Positions 51,812-63,074 of a stretch of 64,000 nt of DNA are shown here, in pieces; the stretch's first letter is position 1, and each line of letters starts with the position of its first letter. The DNA lies in the NCBI GenBank assembly GCA_964016885.1, contig OZ024746.1, positions 2,480,001-2,544,000 on the forward strand, given 5' to 3'. Made by a program: the position numbers and the translations under genes. This DNA is from Eledone cirrhosa (lineage: Eukaryota). The notes beneath the pieces are model-generated. The model saw only the letters and a program-made list of their open reading frames with translations, was not told the origin of the DNA and ran no database searches.

Positions 51812-52119
51812 TAATAAATGGAAACTATATTTATAAAACCATATTTATTTTATACATATTTCAAGGGCAACCAAGGTAAATTATGGTGTGCTTTCATCAG
51901 ATAAAATACAGATTTGGTTTATAAATAAATATTGACATACCCAGAAAAAAAAGAAGCTGCAACCGTTAAGGTTGTCTTTTTTTCCGGGTATGTTAATATT
52001 TATTTATAAATCAAATCTGTATTTTATCTGATGAAAGCGCACCATAATTTACCTTGGTTGCCCTTGAAATATGTATAATAAAATAAATATGGTTTTATAA
52101 ATATAGTTTCCATTTATTA
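51812..52119. repeat. Long inverted repeat (~150-bp arms)
   Basis: The arms are complementary with few mismatches around the centre CAACC-GTTAA-GGTTG, and are homologous to 49722-49818. Confidence 0.93.
52020..52085 (+). ncRNA. Type I hammerhead ribozyme motif in the right arm of the inverted repeat
   Basis: TATTTTAT-CTGATGA-AAG-C-GCA-CCA-(10 nt)-TGG-T-TGC-C-CTT-GAAA-TATGT-ATA^ATAAAATA: 8-bp stem I, long stem II, self-complementary ATATGTAT at stem III (predicted cut after 52077). Confidence 0.72.
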
Positions 52120-52127
52120 TTATATTG

Positions 52128-52174
<47 letters not shown>

Positions 52175-52206
52175 AGAATATTTTCGAAACAGTGAGTGGG
52201 TTTGAA

Positions 52207-52433
52207 ATTATTAGAAATGTAAGCTATCGCCATATTTTAACTAAAGAAATTAAAGAAATTATTTAGCCTGATAGTGGGGTTAAGAACCCTCGGAGAAAGG
52301 GAAAAAGATGAGTATTGACGTACAATACTCAACTTTTTCCATTTCTCCGAGGGTTCTTAACCCCACTATCAGGCTAAATAATTTCTTTAATTTCTTTAGT
52401 TAAAATATGGCGATAGCTTACATTTCTAATAAT
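52207..52433. repeat. Long inverted repeat (~110-bp arms) between two (TA)n tracts
   Basis: ATTATTAGAAATGTAAGC...GAGTATTG-ACGTA-CAATACTC...GCTTACATTTCTAATAAT, nearly perfect pairing. Confidence 0.93.
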
Positions 52434-52509
52434 ATATATATATATATATATATTATATTTCTTTAAATCGTTTTGGAAGCCTCGACAATGCAGATGGGTA
52501 AATCTCCGG

Positions 52510-53498
52510 GTAACAAGAGATGCCCTTGATAGGGGAAACTATAGAGGTATTAAATGAATTGACCAGGTCATGAAGGTCACAGAAAAAGTAATAGCGCAAC
52601 TAATCAGAGAGCGAATTGATCTAGATGAAATGTAGTTTGGGTTTGTGTCAGGTAAAAGTACCACAGACGCTCTTTTCATTGTAGACAACTACAGGAGAAG
52701 TACCTAGCTAAAAGTAAACCCCTATACTTAGCTTTTGTTGACTTGGAGAAAGCCTTTGACAGAGTGCCCCGCTCCATTATCTGGTGGGCTCTTAGAAAAC
52801 TAGGTGTTGATGAATGGCTTGTGAGAGCTATACACGCCATGTATAAAGAAACAGTCAGCAAGGTTAGAATTAACAACGAATATAGTGAAGAGCTTAGCGT
52901 AAAAGTTGGTGTTCATCAGGGCTCCGTTCTTAGCCCCCTACTATTTATTATTGCCCTTCAGGCTATAACAGAGGAGTTCAAGACCGGCTGCCCATGAGAA
53001 CTCCTATACGCAGATGATCTAACGCTCATAGCTGAATCAATGGCCGAGCTAGAGAAGAAATTCCAAACATGGAAGCATGGCCTAGAATCAAAAGGCTTTA
53101 AAATTAACCTGTCTAAGACTAAAGTTCTAGTTTGTATGAAGGAAAATAGGGTACTGGTCCCATCTGGGAAATGGCCATGCTCAGTGTGTAGGAAAGGAGT
53201 AGGCAGAAACTCCATTTTATGTCCCAAATGCAAAGTATGGGTGCATAAAAGATGTAGTGGGATCACAGGTAAGCTGACTAAGAATATAGATTTTATATGT
53301 GGGCCGGTGCTCAGGTGCAATAAGTAGCAGCAAGTGCCCACAGAATACTAGCTCATTCCATTGCACAGATGGTTCTATAGAAATAGTGGACACCTTCCGT
53401 TACCTGGGTGACAAAATCAGCAGTGGTGGAGGGTGCTCTGAAATTCCCGTCCAAACCCATGCAAGCGTAGAAGATGGACGTTAAACGATGATGATGAT
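52510..53498 (+). mobile_element. RTE LINE fragment (RT core plus PHD finger) with a large internal deletion joining ORF2 directly to the terminal tail
   Basis: Motifs NYRGI, FVDLEKAFDRVPR, QGSVLSP, YADD and FRYLG, with stops. At ~53443 it jumps to TCCCGTCCAAACCCATGCAAGCG...(GAT)n. Confidence 0.93.
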
Positions 53499-53639
53499 AT
53501 TAGAAAGTGAGTTTTTTTTACAAAATGAAAAATAACCGAGGTGTCCTACACGAGTGAAAGTATAAAGAAAAAAAGATGAAATCGAAAATGCAACTGGAGT
53601 CTTATTTAAAAAATATATATATATATATTTATTTGGTTC

Positions 53640-53675
53640 CTTTACCGGTTTCGCAGTTCTTCTGCTTTTCAAAAG
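53640..53675 (-). ncRNA. Minimal hammerhead ribozyme motif, U3-A8 core variant
   Basis: Minus strand: CTT-TTGAAAA-GCAG-AAGAA-CTGC-GAAA-CCG-GTA^AAG. Stem I CTT/AAG, perfect 4-bp stem II closed by G-C, palindrome ACCGGT at stem III and a GUA triplet; it lies between two (TA)n tracts. Confidence 0.6.
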
Positions 53676-53809
53676 TAGAGTTGAGATGGAGGGTCTGTGG
53701 TTTTTCTCACATATATATATATATACTTATACACATGTGAATATGCGTTACAAAGATCAAAGAAGAAAGTGAAAAAGTAAAAGTAAAGGTAATAAAATTG
53801 AAAACTTAC

Positions 53810-53883
53810 GTTTTTACTGCTCCATTGAAAGATATAACAGAGAAGAGAAGAAGGACAGGGAAGGTAATATTGTACCAATGCAT
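53810..53883 (-). CDS. Probable first coding exon: secretory signal peptide MHWYNITFPVLLLFSVISFNGAVK
   Basis: ATG in an aGAATGc context (purine at -3), hydrophobic core FPVLLLFSVISF followed by small residues, consensus donor |gtaagt in phase 2. It is on the same strand as the downstream extracellular-domain exons. Confidence 0.7.
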
Positions 53884-54529
53884 TCTAATGACAAATATTT
53901 TACTTTCAAAGAATTGATTTTCTTCTAATTTTATTTATTCCTCTTCGAAAATCTATCTAATTTTCCATAAATTCCTTCATCCACCTATTCTTATGTCTGT
54001 CTTGCAGATTTTCATCCAGCTAATTCCCTCACTCTCATATATAATGTATATATATAGGTGTGTGTTTGTGGGCGTTTGCTTGTATGTGCATGCCTCTTTC
54101 TAATTACATATATATTTCAGAAATAATGCAGATATTTTCATTGCAAACGAATATTTAAAAAATTTGTTTTTTTCCTTTGAATAAAGTTGTTTTCTTTTTA
54201 AATCTATTCTAGCAAGATCAGTCAAACCAGAGTCTTTTAAAGCAATTTTCTTGTTTCTTCTTTTCTTTCAAACAAAACTTGGTAAATCCACAATGAAATA
54301 TTGATAAGTAAAGCTTAATCTCAAATATTTTAATCCATTTTTAGATAAAGAATAACATGTAAACTGCTGATAAATTGATGGGGTTTAGTAGAAATTCAGC
54401 ATTCCCTGGATGTTCTATATTTGAACTAAAATGAACTTTGGGCCTGGAGTATATCGATAAGAATATCTTCACAAAATGAAGTTAAGAAGGAGAAGAACGA
54501 TTTGCAGTATAATACGAAAATATAATATT

Positions 54530-54568
<39 letters not shown>

Positions 54569-55140
54569 CTATGGAGATTTCTTGTTGTTACTTAAATAAT
54601 TTGGATTAATCTAATAACAAACATTCTACTCAGTACTTGAAAAGCATCAAATTCAAGTCTTGCCCTTTCCGGAAGAAGCTTGAAGCTACCAGGAAGAAGT
54701 GATTTTAAAGATGCAATAGCATGATAAGGGATACTGATTGGTGTTATGTAAATGATACACATACATCCACAAATATGCACTTATCCACACATATACATAC
54801 ACGTGCATGCACACCACACATATTTATGAAAATAAACAACTTTTCTTTCAAACCTATCATTAAGATATAGATGTTCTGGGGGTCAATCTTTTCTAAGTAT
54901 TTTTCATATTTTCTTGTTAGTTTTTTATGCTTAGATATAGATCAGGATTTTACCAGTTTAAAACTAGTAAGACCATTATTCAACAGAGTACTCAATACTT
55001 GGGATAGCAGAGTCGTGACTTGGTGGCTTAGTAAACCCACTCCTGGCACTTTGATCTATTTACCCTTTCGTAGTTGTGTGTGTGTGTGTGTGTGTGTGTG
55101 TGACCATGGTTGTGTGCTCACTATGTTTGCATTTCTCCTT

Positions 55141-55333
55141 TATGTATGTATATGTAAGTATGTAAATATGTATGTAAATATATATATGTAAGTATGTAAA
55201 TGTTTATATATGTATATGTAAGTATGTAAATATATATGTAAGTATGTAAATATGTATGTAAATATATATATGTAAGTATGTAAATGTTTATATATGTATA
55301 TGTAAGTATGTAAATGTTTATATATGTATATGT
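55141..55333. repeat. AT-rich TATGTAA-type tandem repeat
   Basis: Direct inspection. Confidence 0.85.
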
Positions 55334-55582
55334 TGTCTAAATAAAAACATTCTAGATGCACTGAAATCTTCAAACCAGTTATAACAAGTTTAGTTGTATG
55401 TATTCTCAAGTTTTGAATAATTCCCCCGCTGCTTATTAATTTTTCAGATTATTTTGTAACAGTTCACGTTTGATGTAACTTAAGACTGATCCTGTATAAT
55501 GACCATGAGGAGCAGTGGCATTTGTGCTGCAGAGTTGTCCAACTTATGTCGGCATTGCAAAATGAATATTAAAATGATGGTA

Positions 55583-55743
55583 ATAATAATTGTTTCTACT
55601 TTAGGCCAGCAATTACCCAGTATATTACTGGTACTTTATTTTATCGACCCCGTAAGGATGAAAGGCAAAGTTAACATTGGCGGGATTTGAACTCAGACTG
55701 TAAAGAGACGTAACTATGCTAGAAAGCATGGCGTCCAACCCTC
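55583..55743 (-). mobile_element. SINE family A (older degenerate copies at ~63240-63530)
   Basis: Same consensus as the other copies. Confidence 0.8.
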
Positions 55744-58659
55744 TTAATAATAATGATATTGGTTAATAATCATTTTTCTTATGGAAGAGAGCTAAAGATT
55801 TCAAATTTATATGTGGAAAAGGAATGAGACTGTTTGATGTTAATAATGCCTTTCTGAAAAATGCTATCATTATGTTGTTATAAATGATATGAAATTACTA
55901 CAACCAGGAACCCAAATTAGAACTTGAATAGTCAATTAAAACCAAAAGAATAAAAGGGCAAGTTGACCTATGTTTTGCCTCACAAAACACACAGCATGAA
56001 ACTGCAGGATCATAATTTAAGTTGTATGAAGAAATCAATATTCACTAAGCTGAAAGCAATTCCATCATTCTTGTTGATTTCAAAGAGACCAAAGGAAATG
56101 TTACAAATATGCTATGAAAAAATATTCCTGAAAGAAACACCATTTGGCATCAACATTGCAGCAACCTATACAGTATTGGACCAAATGATGCCAGTTCAAA
56201 TATAAAGATACTGAACTGTGACAATAACACAACAGATGTAGTAGAGCAGTGATTGTGGTGGTAATGGCAGTGATTGTGGTTGTTTCAAGAGAGTCTGAGC
56301 CAGTAATCATAGTGGTTAAGGTGTTCAGCTCTCAATCATAAGGTTTTGAGTTTGATCAAAAGGTAGTGCATTGTGTACTTGAACAAGACACTTTATTCAT
56401 GTTGCTCCACTTCACTCAGTTGGAGAAAGTGAGTTGCAATGTCACTGGTATCAAGCTGTACTGGTCTTTGCCTTTCCCTTGGACATCATCGGTGACATGG
56501 AGAAAGAAGTCTAGCATGCACATGCAACTGTTGGTCTTCCAGATGCAATCTCATGGTCAATCATGATTGAATAGTACCTTCTTCCACCTCTCTATAATAT
56601 CTGAGAACCTCTACATTGTTATGTAACCATCTATAATCAATAGAAGTGCATCCCTGAATGTTTTTCTTAAGTCAGATCAGTGCTGTATGGAAAACCAGAT
56701 GTGTTGACTATATAACAGCACTGTCTCTTCCTCATGTTTGGTGTAGTCCAAAAGATAGTCTAATGGTTATTGGAGTTGCCTGAGGTTCTAGGTTTGATCC
56801 CATTGCATGTTATCTTGGGCAAGTGTCTTTTACCATAGCCTCAAGTCAACATTAGATTTGTGAATCAAATTAGGTTGATAGAAACTGTTTGGAAGCAGGT
56901 CAAATGGACTATACATCTAATTCAAAGAACCAACTTTGTTCCACCAAGTGTCATGCTGAATCTCCCTGAGAATTACATTAAGGGTGCAAGTTTCTGTAGA
57001 ATATTTTACCACTTACATATTAATTTAATGAATAGATCATTCCATTGATTAACAAACAGGAACACTCATTGTCAGGAGGTTCATTTCTTTCTTCTATATA
57101 ACAAAAGTATTGTTAGTAGATTGGTAGAATAGAGCAACAGACAAAATACTTTACAGATGTTGGAGTTCAAATTCCATCAAAGACAAATTTCCTATAATGC
57201 ATCTTAGATTCAAATAGTCTAGTATACTAACTAGTTAGTGATTAATAATTTGGTAGACTAACTAATTAATAATTAATAATCTAGTATACTAACTAGTTAG
57301 CAACTAATAGTCAGGTATCCTATATTTAGCAAATTTGTTCTTAGTATGACAAGCTAAGGAAACAGTTATTGAAGTACAGTGCTCCTACTGTTTACAGCAT
57401 TGAACTATACTTGGGTCATAATAACAATGTACATTTATAGTAGAGCCAAGAAGATTTAAGTATTGTGTCTATTGATTGTGAATTTGTTGTGATATGAACC
57501 ACCAACTCTTCAGTTTGTAGTTCAATACACTATCAACTTAGTCATCTAAAGCTTTTGCACTTAACATAATTTAATAAAGTTGTTAAACCTCAGTTCAGCC
57601 CTGGCTGAGTAAATCTATGATCAACAGCATTTCTGCTGTCACCATTCTGTATTTGTTTTAGGTAGTGTGCATCCTTGCCCTTATCCTCTTTTAAAATGGC
57701 AAAGTGTAAAATGACGGAGATTTTGCTGTTATTTTTAGTAGTTTCAGTGACCACATACAGGCTTTCTCATTGGTTTAAGTAAGTTGATAATTTTAGAAAA
57801 TGTGAAAATAGAGACATGCAAGCATTTTTTGGTTTTTTAATCAGTGAGCTTTTACTGTATCATGCAGCAAATACAATTAACTGAAAACTAACACACCCAT
57901 CATTGGAATTTGATTGAACAACGAAAAACCATCTGTTTTCTGAAAGTTTTAATCACTTAATTCTTCTAGTCCTGAAACTGCATCTGTTTTGTTTTACTTC
58001 TATTTCACAATTATACAGCAAACAAAACAATTCTTTTTGATGTCATTCTGACTAAACGGTCTTCAACAGTTCTGATGACTCAAACACCAGCATCGCTACT
58101 GCTATCACCAAATTTTGACTAGTCTCAGAATGATTCACCACCACACCGTTCCAGTTGACTAGTAGCAGAAGCTACACTGTAAATGACCTTTAACCATTGC
58201 CTCAATGCTTGTCTATCTCAGTGTTTGCCATCTTTAATCTCTCTGCTATAAATCCTAACGAAGGATCTTTTGTTTCACTTTTCTTATTCCTTCTCCCTCC
58301 TTCCTTCCATCCCCCATTCTTTTTCTATTATTTTTTCTCTCTTTCTCTCTTTTTCTTTCTGTCAATAGCTATTTACTCCAGCCCTTGTTATTGGCCATTA
58401 ATGACCGTTTCAGATTCCAAAATTGCAATAAAAACAGATGTACAGTTCCACGGTTTGTAGCTAAAGTAAAAAGAGGCATTCAAGTAAAACAAGGGTGTAG
58501 GCTGGAGAAGAGATGGCCAGATGGAAGGAAGGAAGGAAAACATACAATTCAATGATTAATGTTCTACTGGAACTTTCACAAGCTGTTAGATCTTTGGTTT
58601 AAACATATGGCAACAGTGATATAAATATAGTAGCAACTGCTGCTGCTAACAACACAAAG

Positions 58660-59120
58660 ACCACCATCACAATCATCCCTCACCACCATCTCCATCACTT
58701 CACTATTACCACCACCATCTCCATCACAATCACTCCACCACCACCACCACCACCACAATCACTCCACCACCATCACTCCACCACCATCACAATCACACCA
58801 CCACTATTACCACCACCACCACCATCACAATCACTCCACACTATTACCACCACCACCACCATCACAATCACTCCACACTATTACCACCACCACCACCATC
58901 ACAATCACACCACCACTATTACCACCACCACCACCATCACAATCACTCCACCACCATCACAATCACTCCACCACTATTACCACCACCATCACAATCACTC
59001 CATCACAATCACTCCACCACCACCACCATCACAATCACTCCATCACAATCACTCCACCACTATTACCACCACCACCACCATCACAATCACTCCACCACCA
59101 CCACCACCATCACAATCACG
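58660..59120. repeat. (CAC)n / CATCACAATCACTC low-complexity repeat
   Basis: Direct inspection. Confidence 0.93.
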
Positions 59121-59237
59121 CCCCACCCCCTCATCATCAGTAGTAATAACAATATAAGGTGTACACTCGAGATGTTATTGCTGCTGCTGATAGTGAAGGT
59201 GTCATAAAAGTTTGTCTTATTATATGTGGACATTTGA

Positions 59238-62200
59238 GAACAGCAGCAATAGCGACAATGTCAACAGCAGCAATAGCGACAATGTCAACAGCAGCAATAG
59301 CGACAATGTCAACAGCAGCAATAGCGACAATGTCAACAGCAGCAATAGCGACAATGTCAACAGCAGCAATAGCGACAATGTCAACAGCAGCAATAGCGAC
59401 AATGTCAACAGCAGCAATAGTGACAATGTCAACAGCAGCAATAGCGACAATGTCAACAGCAGCAATAGCGACAATGTCAACAGCAGCAATAGCGACAATG
59501 TCAACAGTAGCAATAGCGACAATGTCAACAGCAGCAATAGCGACAATGTCAACAGCAGCAATAGCGACAATGTCAACAGCAGCAATAGTGACAATGTCAA
59601 CAGCAGCAATAGCGACAATGTCAACAGCAGCAATAGCGACAATGTCAACAGCAGCAATAGCGACAATGTCAACAGCAGCAATAGCGACAATGTCAACAGC
59701 AGCAATAGCGACAATGTCAACAGCAGCAATAGCGACAATGTCAACAGCAGCAATAGTGACAATGTCAACAGCAGCAATAGCGACAATGTCAACAGCAGCA
59801 ATAGCGACAATGTCAACAGCAGCAATAGTGACAATGTCAACAACAGCAGCAATAGCGACAATGTCAACAGCAGCAATAGCGACAATGTCAACAATAGCAA
59901 TAGCGACAATGTCAACAGTAGCAATAGCGACAATGTCAACAATAGCAATAGCGACAATGTCAACAGCAGCAATAGCGACAATGTCAACAGCAGCAATAGC
60001 GACAATGTCAACAATAGCAATAGCGACAATGTCAACAGTAGCAATAGCGACAATGTCAACAATAGCAATAGCGACAATGTCAACAGCAGCAATAGCGACA
60101 ATGTCAACAGCAGCAATAGCGACAATGTCAACAGCAGCAATAGCGACCATGTCAACTGCAGCAATAGCGACAATGTCAACTGCAGCAATAGTGACAATGT
60201 CAACAGCAGCAATAGCGACAATGTCAACAGCAGCAATAGCGACAATGTCAACAGCAGCAATAGCGACAATGTCAACAGCAGCAATAGCGACAATGTCAAC
60301 AGCAGCAATAGCGACAATGTCAACAGCAGCAATAGCGGCAATGTCAACAACAGCAGCAATAGCGACAATGTCAACAGCAGCAATAGCGACAATGTCAACA
60401 ATAGCAATAGCGACAATGTCAACAGTAGCAATAGCGACAATGTCAACAGCAGCAATAGCGACAATGTCAACAACAGCAGCAATAGCGACAATGTCAACAG
60501 CAGCAATAGCGACAATGTCAACAATAGCAATAGCGACAATGTCAACAGCAGCAATAGCGACAATGTCAACAGCAGCAATAGCGACAATGTCAACAGCAGC
60601 AATAGCGACAATGTCAACAGCAGCAATAGCGACAATGTCAACAGCAGCAATAGCGACAATGTCAACAGCAGCAATAGTGACAATGTCAACAACAGCAGCA
60701 ATAGCGACAATGTCAACAGCAGCAATAGCGACAATGTCAACAATAGCAATAGCGACAATGTCAACAGTAGCAATAGCGACAATGTCAACAATAGCAATAG
60801 CGACAATGTCAACAGCAGCAATAGCCACAATGTCAACAGCAGCAATAGCGACAATGTCAACAATAGCAATAGCGACAATGTCAACAGTAGCAATAGCGAC
60901 AATGTCAACAATAGCAATAGCGACAATGTCAACAGCAGCAATAGCGACAATGTCAACAGCAGCAATAGCGACAATGTCAACAGCAGCAATAGCGACCATG
61001 TCAACTGCAGCAATAGCGACAATGTCAACTGCAGCAATAGTGACAATGTCAACAGCAGCAATAGCGACAATGTCAACAGCAGCAATAGCGACAATGTCAA
61101 CAGCAGCAATAGCGACAATGTCAACAGCAGCAATAGCGACAATGTCAACAGTAGCAATAGTGACAATGTCAACAGTAGCAATAGCGACAATGTCAACAGT
61201 AGCAATAGCGACCATGTCAACAGTAGCAATAGTGACAATGTCAACAGCAGCAATAGCGACAATGTCAACAGCAGCAATAGCGACAATGTCAACTGCAGCA
61301 ATAGTGACAATGTCAACAGCAGCAATAGTGACAATGTCAACAGCAGCAATAGTGACAATGTCAACTGCAGCAATAGTGACAATGTCAACAGTAGCAATAG
61401 CGACAATGTCAACAGCAGCAATAGCGACAATGTCAACAGCAGCAATAGCGACAATGTCAACAGCAGCAATAGCGACAATGTCAACAGTAGCAATAGTGAC
61501 AATGTCAACAGTAGCAATAGCGACAATGTCAACAGTAGCAATAGCGACCATGTCAACAGTAGCAATAGTGACAATGTCAACAGCAGCAATAGCGACAATG
61601 TCAACAGCAGCAATAGTGACAATGTCAACAGCAGCAATAGCGACAATGTCAACAGCAGCAATAGCGACAATGTCAACTGCAGCAATAGTGACAATGTCAA
61701 CAGCAGCAATAGTGACAATGTCAACTGCAGCAATAGTGACAATGTCAACAGTAGCAATAGCGACAATGTCAACAGTAGCAATAGCGACAATGTCAACAGC
61801 AGCAATAGCGACAATGTCAACAGCAGCAATAGCGACAATGTCAACAGCAGCAATAGCGACAATGTCAACAACAGCAGCAATAGCGACAATGTCAACAGCA
61901 GCAATAGCGACAATGTCAACAATAGCAATAGCGACAATGTCAACAGTAGCAATAGCGACAATGTCAACAGCAGCAATAGCGACAATGTCAACAACAGCAG
62001 CAATAGCGACAATGTCAACAATAGCAATAGCGACAATGTCAACAGTAGCAATAGCGACAATGTCAACAGCAGCAATAGCGACAATGTCAACAACAGCAGC
62101 AATAGCGACAATGTCAACAGCAGCAATAGCGACAATGTCAACTGCAGCAATAGTGACAATGTCAACAGCAGCAATAGCGACAATGTCAACTGCAGCAATA

Positions 62201-62560
62201 GTGACAATGTCAACAGCAGCAATAGCGACAATGTCAACAGCAGCAATAGCGACCATGTCAACAGTAGCAATAGTGACAATGTCAACAGCAGCAATAGCGA
62301 CAATGTCAACAGCAGCAATAGCGACAATGTCAACAGCAGCAATAGCGACAATGTCAACTGCAGCAATAGTGACAATGTCAACAGCAGCAATAGTGACAAT
62401 GTCAACTGCAGCAATAGTGACAATGTCAACAGCAGCAATAGCGACAATGTCAACAGCAGCAATAGCGACAATGTCAACTGCAGCAATAGTGACAATGTCA
62501 ACAGCAGCAATAGTGACAATGTCAACAGCAGCAATAGTGACAATGTCAACAGTAGCAATA
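59238..62560. repeat. Minisatellite, 24-bp unit AACAGCAGCAATAGCGACAATGTC (27-bp variants), roughly 138 copies
   Basis: Direct inspection; seen as an 8-aa periodicity in four open frames. Confidence 0.98.
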
Positions 62561-62699
62561 GCAGCAGTAGTAGCAATAGCAACAGTAGTAGCAACAATAA
62601 CAACTGGACCAATTAAAGGACTTCTACATGGTCGACCAATCCACTAGAAATAAGCAGCAAAATCTTTTTTACAAAAATCAAAAAGACAGTAATGTGCTT

Positions 62700-63074
62700 T
62701 CAGGTCTCGAATAACTACCCCCTCCCCCCTCGCTTATTAATTTTTCAGATTTGTCCCCCATCCCCGCTCTTATCCCCCCCACACACCTATTTAATTTTGC
62801 TAATCTATCTTCAGCGAAATTTTATTTTAAGTGGTAGCATTCCTGTAACAATTAATTTTCATTATACATTAAAAATATTATACACGGCAAAACAAAGTAC
62901 ATTTCAAGAAATCTCATATGTTATAAAATACAAAAGATGGGTTGGGGTCTTAATATGTAAACTAAACGAATAATTCTGTTTTTTTTTTTAAAAATCAACA
63001 GAGACAACCGAGATAAAATACTGATTTTCCAAGCCCCGCTTATCCCCTCTCCTATTATTTGGGACCCGAGAGTA
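62700..63074. mobile_element. MITE-like element, sister of 35668-36045
   Basis: Colinear interior and terminal ATTATTTGGGACCCGAGAGTA; the left end is degenerate. Confidence 0.68.

Noticed and set aside
59137-62647. Poly-Leu, (VAIAAVDI)n and (STAAIATM)n ORFs
   Set aside because: Alternative frames of the 24-bp array with non-ATG or repeat-internal starts and no unique sequence.
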